Source: Candidatus Delongbacteria bacterium (GTDB lineage: Bacteria > UBA4055). Taken from it: a stretch of 55,888 bases of DNA. This document shows, piece by piece, positions 44,731 to 53,975 of this stretch; position 1 is the stretch's first letter, and each line of letters begins with the position of its first letter. Made by a program: the position numbers and the translations under genes. The notes beneath the pieces are model-generated. The model was not told where the DNA came from. It did not search any database and saw nothing but the letters and a program-made list of their open reading frames with translations. The stretch lies in the NCBI GenBank assembly GCA_007124045.1, contig SLFX01000108.1, forward strand, positions 1 through 55,888, read 5' to 3'.

Positions 44731-46057
44731 TGTAATTTTCAAATTTGTTAAAAACTTCTTCAAAAGCTTCAAATACAGCTTCGGGGCTTGAATTGTGCAA
44801 AAGCAGGTTAAGGTCGGCTTTATTCCTGTATGCTACTTCAATAAAATGTTGTAATTCCTTTATAATTAGTTCTTTACTCATATTTTTATGGTCATAAAGA
44901 GTGGTATCCATTACAATAAGCGGTCTTTCGATGATGTCGTAAGCTTTCCTGTTGTCAAAATCCCATGGTTTAAAAGCTCTTCCCGTTCCGCACCGGAATC
45001 CGGGATGCCTTGAATAACCAAGAGAATGATCCTCCTTTATACCTGACTTTTCGAGTATGCTGAACGAGCTTCTGATATCGAACTGCAGAAAATGTGCTCT
45101 TCCTGCGTTTATACCAGTCTGATATTTTCTCTCCAGTTCGAATTTTTCACCTCTAATATTGTTTTCGTTAAGAAGAGAAAAATATCCGTAATGAAGACCT
45201 GCCTTTGCACCCTGCAGTATCAGGTTTTTAAATATGTTGATGTCTTTTCCGGTCTTTTTGAACCATCCGTCATTATAGGGACCTTCGGGTGATGTGAGAA
45301 TAAAGAAGATCGGCTTATGCCCTGTTTTTTGAGCCAGCCTGAATATTTCGCTGAATTTGTCGTAAGGGTCTTTTCCGCCGGCAAGTTTACGCAAATACCT
45401 GAAAACATCTTTTACAAAAAGTAACGGGTTATGCCTTTTCAGAAGATGACCGGCAAACAGTCTGACAGTCTTTCCCGGCGTGAACAGTTCAAAAGAGTCA
45501 ACATCGCACGAAAGTTGAATCTGTGTATTGTGATCTTTAAACTCGATAGAGGGATCGTATTTTTTTATCAGGCTTTTCAGCAATCCGATATATTCATCAA
45601 CAACCGGTCTGTCTATAAACTTATGTTTAACTGCCAGACTTAAATTTCCGGGAAACCGCCCATGATCATCTTTATCTTTTATCGCAGCTTCCTCCCACCT
45701 GCTTATCAGAAAGAATATGCTTCCGAATATATCGGCTCCAAGGTATGCACCTTCATTCTTAATATCAAGTCTTCCAGATCCGTAAATAACAGGTATTTTA
45801 TTTAAATAATCATAACTTACATAGCTTATATCATAAGGTATAAATTTTTCTTCTATATAGCTATTATTATTTCCTAATCCAAAAAAAAACTCATCTTGTA
45901 TAGATATGGTTTTGCCGTTGGACAGTGTCATCTTATAATACGGATCCTTGTGGTATTCAATAATGAAATTGACACCGGTAAAATCTGAGATAATATCAGC
46001 TGTATATTTTTTTTCTTCGGCAAAACTTTCATGTATTTTCAGTTTTATATATTTCAT
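44723..46057 (-). CDS. hypothetical protein, possibly polysaccharide-deacetylase-like (NodB-fold)
   Basis: 444 aa. The blocks RAHFLQFD and DHSLGYSRHPGFRCGTGRAFKPWD resemble deacetylase-like proteins I recall. Unverified. Confidence 0.4.
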   Translation of the reverse strand: MKYIKLKIHESFAEEKKYTADIISDFTGVNFIIEYHKDPYYKMTLSNGKTISIQDEFFFGLGNNNSYIEEKFIPYDISYVSYDYLNKIPVIYGSGRLDIKNEGAYLGADIFGSIFFLISRWEEAAIKDKDDHGRFPGNLSLAVKHKFIDRPVVDEYIGLLKSLIKKYDPSIEFKDHNTQIQLSCDVDSFELFTPGKTVRLFAGHLLKRHNPLLFVKDVFRYLRKLAGGKDPYDKFSEIFRLAQKTGHKPIFFILTSPEGPYNDGWFKKTGKDINIFKNLILQGAKAGLHYGYFSLLNENNIRGEKFELERKYQTGINAGRAHFLQFDIRSSFSILEKSGIKEDHSLGYSRHPGFRCGTGRAFKPWDFDNRKAYDIIERPLIVMDTTLYDHKNMSKELIIKELQHFIEVAYRNKADLNLLLHNSSPEAVFEAFEEVFNKFENYNE

Positions 46058-46058
46058 T

Positions 46059-47126
46059 TTATTTAGCCCTTCTGATCAGATATATCCCGAAAAGACCGAA
46101 GATAATATTCGGAAACCAGGCCGATAATAAAGGAGGTATCTGCCCGACCGCTCCCCAGTTCTTGAACATTATAATAAATACATAATAAATAAAAGCTACT
46201 GCAACAGAAATTCCGAAATTGACTGAAGATGCACTTCTGGCTTTTCCCGTTCCCAGCGGTATAGCGATAAGTATAAGAACAAGAGTAATTGCGCTGTATG
46301 AGATTTTTGAAAGACGCTCAACCTCCCATTTCAAGGTTTCGGTGCCGAAACTTTTCCTTTTGGCGATATAATCTCCAAGCTCAAAATAGCCCATTTCAAC
46401 CGGTTTAAGTTCTATTTCGAGTATATCGGAGGGTTCAAAGTCAAGAAACACCGCAAGCGAATCATAACGGTTGTATTCCATAGCTCCGTCTTTGAATGTG
46501 CGTTTTACAGCATCTCTCATCAGCCATCTTCTGCCGTCGTATTCCATTTTCTCTGCATCTATCCTGAAACCTATTACACCTTCCGATATGCCCTGAACCG
46601 AAACTCCGTTCGCAACATTTTTTATTCCGTCGAAAGTCCCGATATAAACCACACTACTTTTTTCCTGATAAACAAATTCATTCCTTCTCCTGCGGAATTT
46701 TGCCCTTCTGCCCATATAATAATCCCTGACCTCGTAGTGCTTTCTTGCCGCATAAGGCACAAGAGTCTCTGAAAAATAAAAATGGGCGGCAGAAAGGATA
46801 AATCCTGTTATGACCAGAGGTAGAGATATTCGCAGAAGGCTGACACCAGAGGAATTCATGGCCACTATCTCTTTATACTTAGTCAGATTTCCGAGTGTGA
46901 AAAGAAGCGACATAAACACCACTACGGGAAATATCTGCGATATTATCTCAGGTATTTTAAGGGTGTAATAGAGAATAAATCCCATCAGAGGCATATCGGC
47001 ATCAAGGAACCTGTTGAGGTTATCGAAAAGATCAATTACCACATATACAAGTATCATGGCTACGAGTGCAACCAAAAGTGTGGCCGCGAATTTTTTCAGG
47101 ATATATCTGTCGAGTATAGCCGTCAT
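46059..47126 (-). CDS. LptF/LptG family LPS export permease
   Basis: 355 aa with the N-terminus ILDRYILKKFAATLLVALVAM typical of the YjgP/YjgQ family. It has a periplasmic beta-jellyroll-sized insert between TM3 and TM4. Confidence 0.8.
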   Translation of the reverse strand: MTAILDRYILKKFAATLLVALVAMILVYVVIDLFDNLNRFLDADMPLMGFILYYTLKIPEIISQIFPVVVFMSLLFTLGNLTKYKEIVAMNSSGVSLLRISLPLVITGFILSAAHFYFSETLVPYAARKHYEVRDYYMGRRAKFRRRRNEFVYQEKSSVVYIGTFDGIKNVANGVSVQGISEGVIGFRIDAEKMEYDGRRWLMRDAVKRTFKDGAMEYNRYDSLAVFLDFEPSDILEIELKPVEMGYFELGDYIAKRKSFGTETLKWEVERLSKISYSAITLVLILIAIPLGTGKARSASSVNFGISVAVAFIYYVFIIMFKNWGAVGQIPPLLSAWFPNIIFGLFGIYLIRRAK

Positions 47127-48310
47127 GACCTTTTACCAAAAATTTTGAATATACGCTGCAACGGCACACTTATCCATTTAAAGCTTATTTTGTATCCTTT
47201 TGAAGCGTAATATATGAGAAACATTCCCAAGACCCCGATAAAGAAATTCGCGTTCCACATTGCGTACAAAGGATCTATTTTTCCCCTTCCGGCAAGATCT
47301 TCGCCGGAAACAAGGAAAAACCAGTAAACCGTGAATACAAGAATACTCATTGTGGCGGAACCGCCCAGACCCGATTTTCCCGACATCAGTCCGAGTGGCG
47401 CACCGACAAGAACCATTACTATGCACGCAAACGAAAGAGCAAATTTCTTGTAATACTCGACTTCCACCTGAGCTATAAGCAGCGGAGAAGCTCTTCTCGC
47501 TTTCAGTCGTTCTATCTTTGCTTTTAAACTGTCCGTGCTTTTTTCCCTGTCACCCACATGGGCATTCTCCTGAACTTCAAAATCTACTCCGCTGACCTCT
47601 TTTGATATCTCCATTTTGGAAAATCTAGACATAAAATAGCCTTCGGGTTTCTGCGGATCGAGATTCGCGATCTCGCCTTCTTTTAATGTTATTATGTACC
47701 TGCTCGAAGATTCGTCATATACAACCCTGCCCGTATCGGCTGTTATTGTTCTTCTGTATTTCCCCGTACGCGAATTATCCAGAAGTATAACTTTATATAG
47801 TTCGTTTTTCTGATGATTTACCTTATCTGCTCTTATCACAAGACCGGGGATGTCGCTGACAAAAACGCCCGGCTCAATAACAGCAAGGGGTTTTTTTCTT
47901 GTTATTGCCCTTCTCATGACTTTATTACGGTGATTCATTTCCGGAAGAATATTATCATGAAAATACATCATCCCGACACTGAGAAGTATTCCTGCAAGCA
48001 AAGCAGGCAAAAGGGCCTGATATACGGATATCCCCCCGGACTGCATCACTGTCCATTCGTTATCCTGCGACAACCTGCCATACGCCATCAGCGAGGCGAC
48101 AAGTACCGACATGGGAACGGCAAGAGCCAGTATCCATCCCATACTGAGATAGAAAAACTCGATTATTATGAGAATTTCCAGATCTTTACCGACAAAAGCT
48201 GTCATCATTTTCATGATAATGTTCAAAACGAACAGCGAAAGGATGAGAGCAAGCGACATAAAGAACGGAAAAAAGTGTTCTTTCAGTATGTAGGAGTAAA
48301 GAATTTTCAA
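47123..48310 (-). CDS. LptF/LptG family LPS export permease
   Basis: 395 aa with the N-terminus ILYSYILKEHFFPFFMSLALI. Same architecture as, and adjacent to, its partner, with a 4-nt overlap. Confidence 0.8.
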   Translation of the reverse strand: MKILYSYILKEHFFPFFMSLALILSLFVLNIIMKMMTAFVGKDLEILIIIEFFYLSMGWILALAVPMSVLVASLMAYGRLSQDNEWTVMQSGGISVYQALLPALLAGILLSVGMMYFHDNILPEMNHRNKVMRRAITRKKPLAVIEPGVFVSDIPGLVIRADKVNHQKNELYKVILLDNSRTGKYRRTITADTGRVVYDESSSRYIITLKEGEIANLDPQKPEGYFMSRFSKMEISKEVSGVDFEVQENAHVGDREKSTDSLKAKIERLKARRASPLLIAQVEVEYYKKFALSFACIVMVLVGAPLGLMSGKSGLGGSATMSILVFTVYWFFLVSGEDLAGRGKIDPLYAMWNANFFIGVLGMFLIYYASKGYKISFKWISVPLQRIFKIFGKRS

Positions 48311-51300
48311 TTATCTATCTCTGAAAGCATTAATTCCACCGCTTTTTTCAGTTCAACATCATCATCTGACAGTATCTGATTAAAATCAGGATCGACGAAA
48401 ATATCAGGCTCAATACCTGAACCTTCCAGGTTGGTCCCGTCAAGCTTAAACCATCCCACCCACGGCATTCTCATAGATGAACCGTCTATCAGGCTGTAGG
48501 GGCTTGTTCCTATAACTCCTCCCGATGTCGGTGTCCCCACTATCTTTCCTAATCCGAATTCTCTGTAAAGCGCGGGGAAAATCTCCGCATCTGAAAATGA
48601 GTGCCTGTTTATCATCAAAACCGAAGGTCTGTTCCACACCATATAAGGCTGCCTGCGCATCTGACTGTCATCCCATCTTGTAGTGTTGAAGGCATAATCT
48701 CTTTTTGAAAGAATGTTGATAAGTTCATCCGAAACATTCCCTCCGCCGTTGAATCTTATATCGATTATTATTGCTTCCTTATCGAAATTCTTAAGAAAAA
48801 GGTCATCTATGAACTTATTAAGAGGTCCCTGAGACATTCCTCTGATATGTGCGTAGCCAACTCTTCCGCCGCTAAGTTCATCAACGATTGCGGATCTTTC
48901 GTTGACCCATGTATTATACATAAGCATATAGTCTGATGAGAGTCCTTTTATTTCCACTTTTTTCGACTTATTCCTGCCTTCTCTGAACTCAAGCACGATC
49001 TTCTCATCCACTTTGTTCACAAGCAGTTCTTTTATGTCTGTACCTGCCGTGATCTTTTCTCCATCGATAGAAAGGAGTACATCTCCAGCACTGATACCGT
49101 GAACTGAGGATAGTATCGAGTTGTCATAGACCTTTCTGAGCGTTATACCGTTATCAGTCCTGTTCCTGTAATCGAACTGCACACCTATTGATGCGATCGG
49201 CAAAAACACTACCTCCTGATCGCGGTTCGGATAATAACCTGTATGAGATGAATTAAGCTTTCCTATCATTTCATCAACGATATTTGAAAATGAGGAAGCG
49301 TCGAGATTATATTTCAGGTAAGGCAGGAATTTTTCACGCAGTGCCTGCCAGTCAACACCGTGCATATCCGGATCATAGAAACGCCTTGCGTAAGCGGCAT
49401 GTATCTGATCAAAAACCTTTTTGAAAACCGACTGCCTGTTGTAGGAATAGTTCAGGCTGAATGGGGTGTCCGTTACTTTTTTTGAACCTGTGTTCAGATT
49501 TCTTATTCTGCCGTTTTGAAGATAAAAAAGTGACGATGTCGAATCATTGAAAGATACGGATTCTATCCTTCCTCCGGTTATTTCGGAAATAACCTCGTCT
49601 TTTTTCCCCTCAAAATCGATTTTTCTCAAAAATATCCTGTCCTCAAAATCATTTATGTAAAAAAGGCTCTTGTCCCTTGCGAATCCTACGATATAGCTTG
49701 TACCAGGCCTTGATATCAGCTCTGTTTCATGCTCGCGAAGATCTCTTTTTACAAATTCCGAGACCTTCTTATCCTGTGCATCATCTTTTTTGTCTGTTCC
49801 TTTTCGAAAAATATCTTCCCATTTGTCCTTTTCAAAATGAAATTCGGTCAGTTTTTTTAATTCACTGCGGTAAATTGTACCGTTCCTGTTGTAAAATAAG
49901 AACTCCTCATCAGGATCAAGATTCAGATTCCACAACCATCCGAGATTTGAAAGCAGTCTTTCTTTTTTTTGTGTTCTCAGACTGTATATGTATATATCCC
50001 TGTTGCGCATCCCGCCCTCGGTCACATTATAAAAAACATAGTTGCCGTCATTTGAAATGATCGCGTTATGGACATTAAGTTCGTCTTCGATAATAATAAA
50101 ACTGTCCTTTTTTTCATCTTTCAGGGCAAGCCTTGTCCGATCATTATCTTCTGTGTAATAAACAAAAAGTCTGTTCCTGTCTGTCCTCAGCCGGTTCACC
50201 GACTTATCAGAACTCCATTCCACCGGAACAGGTTCTCTGATGTCTCTCGCAGATGTTCTGAATAATTTAAATTCCCCTTCTTTCATTGATGTGAAATAAA
50301 CAGTATGATTATCATCCATTATAACAACATCACCTATACCTCCTGCGTTTTCAGTCAGCCTTCTTACCTCTCCGCCTTCAAAAGGAACGGCAAAAAGGTC
50401 ATATTTATATCTGAATGCGATCCAGTCCCCTTTTGCTGAAGGTGAGATCAGATCGGTCGAAGAGGCTTTCAGGTCATTCACATTATCGGAAAAATACACA
50501 TCTTCCCTTATAACAACATCAAGCTTCTGAGCTTCTGAATTTCCCGGATCAAGCTTCCATATTTCGTCGAAGAATTCAAACACCATCCTGTCATTCTCTC
50601 TCGCTATGGAAATATCTCTTGCTGACCATGTCTCGAAATTTGTCAGCTGAACCACTTCCGGATCTTCTTTTCCTATCTCAGATTCGGGAAGATTTACTAT
50701 CTGAAAAAAATCGCCGTCAGAACTGCAAAAATAGACACCTTTGCCCGTTTTGGAAAAAACAGGGTACCTTTCAGTGTATTCACTGTCGTATATCATAGTG
50801 TAGGAGTCATTTTCGAAATCATAGAGGTGAATGCTTCCTCTTCGGCTTCCTGTCATTCTCTCTCTATAAGGATCGCCGTTATGCGAAAAAACAAGCCTTT
50901 CATTTTCGCTGTCCATATCTGCGAACACAAACCCGATGGCATTAAGATCTGTAAGCCCGCTCCCGTCAATATTCACTCTGAACATTTTTGTTCCGATAAA
51001 AGGAAATGATCTTGACAGAAGAAGATGTTCCGAGTCTTTGAACCAGTCAACGACCGTGTAGTTTCCTGTCAGAACTTTTACTGCTGTTCCGCCTTCGGCA
51101 GGAATGTAGTAAACAGAATTATAGCCTTCCCTGTTCGAATTGAAGGCTATAAGGTTTCCGTCCGGTGAATAAGCCGGAAAAGATGCGGAACCGGGTACGG
51201 ATGTCAGTCTTCTTGCCATTCCACCCTCAAAAGGAACCTTCCACAGATCGTTCCTGTATTCAAAACAGACAACTGTTCCGTCCGGCGAAATTGCAGGATC

Positions 51301-51369
51301 CCTCATAAACTTAGGCTCGAACGCCATAAGCGACGCTAAACTAAGCAGTATTATCGCGGTTTTTATCAT
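48307..51369 (-). CDS. tricorn-protease-like S41 peptidase (beta-propellers + PDZ + S41 domain)
   Basis: 1020 aa with a signal peptide. It has TolB-like repeats (ISPDGTVVCFEYRNDLWKV, YSPDGNLIAFNSNREG) and a PDZ-like region. The C-terminal S41 core reads DIRFNGGGNVSDELI...INRHSFSDAEIF...GTPTSGG. Confidence 0.75.
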   Translation of the reverse strand: MIKTAIILLSLASLMAFEPKFMRDPAISPDGTVVCFEYRNDLWKVPFEGGMARRLTSVPGSASFPAYSPDGNLIAFNSNREGYNSVYYIPAEGGTAVKVLTGNYTVVDWFKDSEHLLLSRSFPFIGTKMFRVNIDGSGLTDLNAIGFVFADMDSENERLVFSHNGDPYRERMTGSRRGSIHLYDFENDSYTMIYDSEYTERYPVFSKTGKGVYFCSSDGDFFQIVNLPESEIGKEDPEVVQLTNFETWSARDISIARENDRMVFEFFDEIWKLDPGNSEAQKLDVVIREDVYFSDNVNDLKASSTDLISPSAKGDWIAFRYKYDLFAVPFEGGEVRRLTENAGGIGDVVIMDDNHTVYFTSMKEGEFKLFRTSARDIREPVPVEWSSDKSVNRLRTDRNRLFVYYTEDNDRTRLALKDEKKDSFIIIEDELNVHNAIISNDGNYVFYNVTEGGMRNRDIYIYSLRTQKKERLLSNLGWLWNLNLDPDEEFLFYNRNGTIYRSELKKLTEFHFEKDKWEDIFRKGTDKKDDAQDKKVSEFVKRDLREHETELISRPGTSYIVGFARDKSLFYINDFEDRIFLRKIDFEGKKDEVISEITGGRIESVSFNDSTSSLFYLQNGRIRNLNTGSKKVTDTPFSLNYSYNRQSVFKKVFDQIHAAYARRFYDPDMHGVDWQALREKFLPYLKYNLDASSFSNIVDEMIGKLNSSHTGYYPNRDQEVVFLPIASIGVQFDYRNRTDNGITLRKVYDNSILSSVHGISAGDVLLSIDGEKITAGTDIKELLVNKVDEKIVLEFREGRNKSKKVEIKGLSSDYMLMYNTWVNERSAIVDELSGGRVGYAHIRGMSQGPLNKFIDDLFLKNFDKEAIIIDIRFNGGGNVSDELINILSKRDYAFNTTRWDDSQMRRQPYMVWNRPSVLMINRHSFSDAEIFPALYREFGLGKIVGTPTSGGVIGTSPYSLIDGSSMRMPWVGWFKLDGTNLEGSGIEPDIFVDPDFNQILSDDDVELKKAVELMLSEIDN

Positions 51370-51430
51370 ATCAGATCTCCAAAGATTTTTAAACTGTTAA
51401 AATATAAATCAAAATACTGAAATATGGAAA

Positions 51431-51459
51431 TTGAAAATCCTGTTTGTTTTGTTTATATT
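51431..51459 (+). promoter_or_regulatory. candidate promoter of the Zn-metallopeptidase gene
   Basis: TTGAAA, a 17-nt spacer, then TATATT. GGGAG lies 9 nt before ATG 51490. Confidence 0.4.
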
Positions 51460-51489
51460 TCCGTCGAAATTAATTGGGAGTGAAAATTT

Positions 51490-52209
51490 ATGTTCTTCGA
51501 TCCGCTTTACATGCTGATAATTCTGGTAACACTCGTTCTTTCCGGAATCTCATCCATGAAAGTAAAAACAGCTTTCGCACAGGGAAGTAAAATACCCCTT
51601 TCAAACGGCATGACAGGAAGAGATGTTGCATCAGCTCTCTTAAATTCCGCCGGGATAAATGATGTCAAGATAGAAATGCACGGCGGTTTTCTGTCCGACC
51701 ACTATAATCCTCTTACAAAAACTCTTGCTCTGAGCAAAGATGTTTATCACGGAAGGAACGCTTCGGCGGCCGGTGTCGCTGCACATGAGGCTGGACACGC
51801 AATCCAGCACGCACAAAATTATACTCCGATGTATATCAGGAGCGCTATAGTCCCTGCGGCACAGATAGGCAGTTCTCTCGGGCCGTATATGGTCATATTC
51901 GGTATTATTCTCGGAGCTGCAGAAGGTGCAGGGATGGGTTATATGCTTGCCGTTACCGGAGTTATGCTTTTCGCAGCAGCCACTTTGTTTTCAATAGTCA
52001 CCGTACCTGTTGAATTTGATGCGTCTTCAAGAGCAAAAAAGCAGCTTTACAGCCTCAGGATAGTAACAGGCGACAGAGAAACGAAAGCAGTAAGCTCTGT
52101 ACTTACGGCGGCCGGCCTGACTTATGTTGCCGCAGCGGTGGGAGCAGTACTGAACCTTCTCTACTGGGCTTATAGAGCCGGTCTTATCGGCGGAAAGCGC
52201 GGAAGATAA
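51490..52209 (+). CDS. YugP-like membrane zinc metallopeptidase (Zn_peptidase_2 family)
   Basis: 239 aa with a typical N-terminus (FFDPLYMLIILVTLVLSG), the HEXXH motif AAHEAGHAIQH and C-terminal TM helices. Confidence 0.8.
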   Translation: MFFDPLYMLIILVTLVLSGISSMKVKTAFAQGSKIPLSNGMTGRDVASALLNSAGINDVKIEMHGGFLSDHYNPLTKTLALSKDVYHGRNASAAGVAAHEAGHAIQHAQNYTPMYIRSAIVPAAQIGSSLGPYMVIFGIILGAAEGAGMGYMLAVTGVMLFAAATLFSIVTVPVEFDASSRAKKQLYSLRIVTGDRETKAVSSVLTAAGLTYVAAAVGAVLNLLYWAYRAGLIGGKRGR

Positions 52210-52230
52210 AGCAAATGCTTCAATAAAACA

Positions 52231-52261
52231 AAAAAGCCCGGAAATTTAACCGGGCTTTTTT
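52231..52261. terminator. bidirectional Rho-independent terminator
   Basis: It reads aaaaagcccgg-aaatttaa-ccgggcttttt. A GC-rich stem is flanked by an A-run and a T-run, between convergent genes. Confidence 0.75.
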
Positions 52262-52276
52262 CGCATCAACTATTAA

Positions 52277-53095
52277 CTAGAACACATATGTCAGGCCGAT
52301 GCCGAGGACTTCCTTATAAACCACTTTCATTCCCGGCTGATTTATTAGGCTGAATGTTACATTGGCACTGATATACTGATTAACTTTCATTGCAAGCAGG
52401 TTGTCCCATGTGATATAAAGATTCTGAGGGTTCTCATCATAGTTGGAGAATGCTTCGGCTTTTGTTTCGAATTTTACATTTTCCATCAGAGGCTGTTTGT
52501 AAACAACTCTCATATATCCGCCGAGATCACCGTCAGTATCATCTTTTGTTATAACAGCTCTGTAGGTTACTGGAGAGATAAAAGCCGTAAGTCTGTCGCT
52601 CGGTTTATAATCCATACCGATTGCGAACAGAACAGTACCGGGATTAAGGAACTCTGATGTTGTAATCCCTTCGACCTCAGTGGGTGTCATCTGCGATTTA
52701 AAGTTGAACAATGCCGCGTAATACCAGTGAGAAAATGCCTGCCTGCCGTATTTTGATGTAAGGTCTATCTTGTCGTCCGACTTGACGAGATCTTCAGTAT
52801 CTATTTTCGAGAATCCGTAACCGAGCTCCAGAGTATTATCCCAGACATTTGCTCCGTCAGAATAATTGGCGAATATATTTACCAGAGATGTTAATGTCAT
52901 AGAATTAGTCCCTCCCGAAGGCCAGTTGGAAGAAAACGCTGCCTGCGAGAAATTCACATTCACAACTCCGCCGGTTTTCCAGCCCGAATCAGTTGCTTTA
53001 AGCTTAGCTCTTAAGTCATCTTCAGCTTCCGTAGTCTGCGAAAATATTGAGGCTGTCAATAGCAGCCCGATGAGTAACGACATCATTTTTTTCAT
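52277..53095 (-). CDS. DUF3078-like outer-membrane beta-barrel protein (recalled family; unverified)
   Basis: 272 aa with a signal peptide, the block GWKTGGVVNVNFSQAAFSSNWPSGG, and a C-terminal ...GLTYVF. Confidence 0.55.
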   Translation of the reverse strand: MKKMMSLLIGLLLTASIFSQTTEAEDDLRAKLKATDSGWKTGGVVNVNFSQAAFSSNWPSGGTNSMTLTSLVNIFANYSDGANVWDNTLELGYGFSKIDTEDLVKSDDKIDLTSKYGRQAFSHWYYAALFNFKSQMTPTEVEGITTSEFLNPGTVLFAIGMDYKPSDRLTAFISPVTYRAVITKDDTDGDLGGYMRVVYKQPLMENVKFETKAEAFSNYDENPQNLYITWDNLLAMKVNQYISANVTFSLINQPGMKVVYKEVLGIGLTYVF

Positions 53096-53107
53096 TACTC
53101 TGCCTCC

Positions 53108-53938
53108 TTATTTATTATTGTGTAAGTGTACATCCATCTGCGGGAAAGGAATATTCAAATTGTAATCTTTGAATCTCTTGTAAACTTTCTCGTTCATATC
53201 GAAGAAAACGCCCCAGTAATCAGCCGCGTTGACCCATGCTCTGACCGCGAAATTCACCGAGCTGTCGCCAAGCTCCACAAGACCGATGAAAGGTTCAGGA
53301 TCTTTGAGTATTCTTGAATCTTCGGCAATAAACTCGTTCATGGCCTTTTTAAAATTCTCCATGTCATCGCCGTAAGCGATCCCGAATTTCCAGTCAACTC
53401 TCCTCTGCGGTTCTTTTGAGAAGTTCGTCAGAGAACCTGTAGAAAGCGGTCCATTCGGAATAATTATCAGCTTTTTGTCAACTGTGTTCAGATGCGTAGT
53501 GAAGATCGTAATTGCCTTTACCGTACCCATATATCCCTGAGCTTCGATGAAATCACCAACACCGAAAGGCTTGAAGATAAGAATTATAACTCCGCCGGCA
53601 AAATTCTGCAATGTGCCTGAAAGAGCCATACCCACTGCCAGACCTGCAGCACCGAGAATAGCGATGAACGATGTCATCTGGATGCCGATCATTCCCATAA
53701 CACTGATGATCACAAGAACTTTCAGGATCGTATTGGCCATACTCTTCAGAAAAGGCACTAGAGAAGGATCAATTTTCCTCTTTTCCAGCATACCGCCGAA
53801 ACCTTTCGTGATCATTTTCACTATCCACATACCTATGATCAGAACTATGATAGCCCCGATCAGTTTAGGTCCCCACTGCATACCGAGATCAACAAATTTC
53901 TCGACATAAACCTCTGCGTTCTGAACCTGTTCATTCAT
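53108..53938 (-). CDS. mscS: small-conductance mechanosensitive channel
   Basis: 276 aa with three N-terminal TMs. The pore-helix region GAAGLAVGMALSGTLQNFAGGVIILIFKPFGVGDFIE is typical of MscS. Confidence 0.85.
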   Translation of the reverse strand: MNEQVQNAEVYVEKFVDLGMQWGPKLIGAIIVLIIGMWIVKMITKGFGGMLEKRKIDPSLVPFLKSMANTILKVLVIISVMGMIGIQMTSFIAILGAAGLAVGMALSGTLQNFAGGVIILIFKPFGVGDFIEAQGYMGTVKAITIFTTHLNTVDKKLIIIPNGPLSTGSLTNFSKEPQRRVDWKFGIAYGDDMENFKKAMNEFIAEDSRILKDPEPFIGLVELGDSSVNFAVRAWVNAADYWGVFFDMNEKVYKRFKDYNLNIPFPQMDVHLHNNK

Positions 53939-53975
53939 CTGAAACCTCCCTCTTCATTTTCTTTGCAGTTACTTA

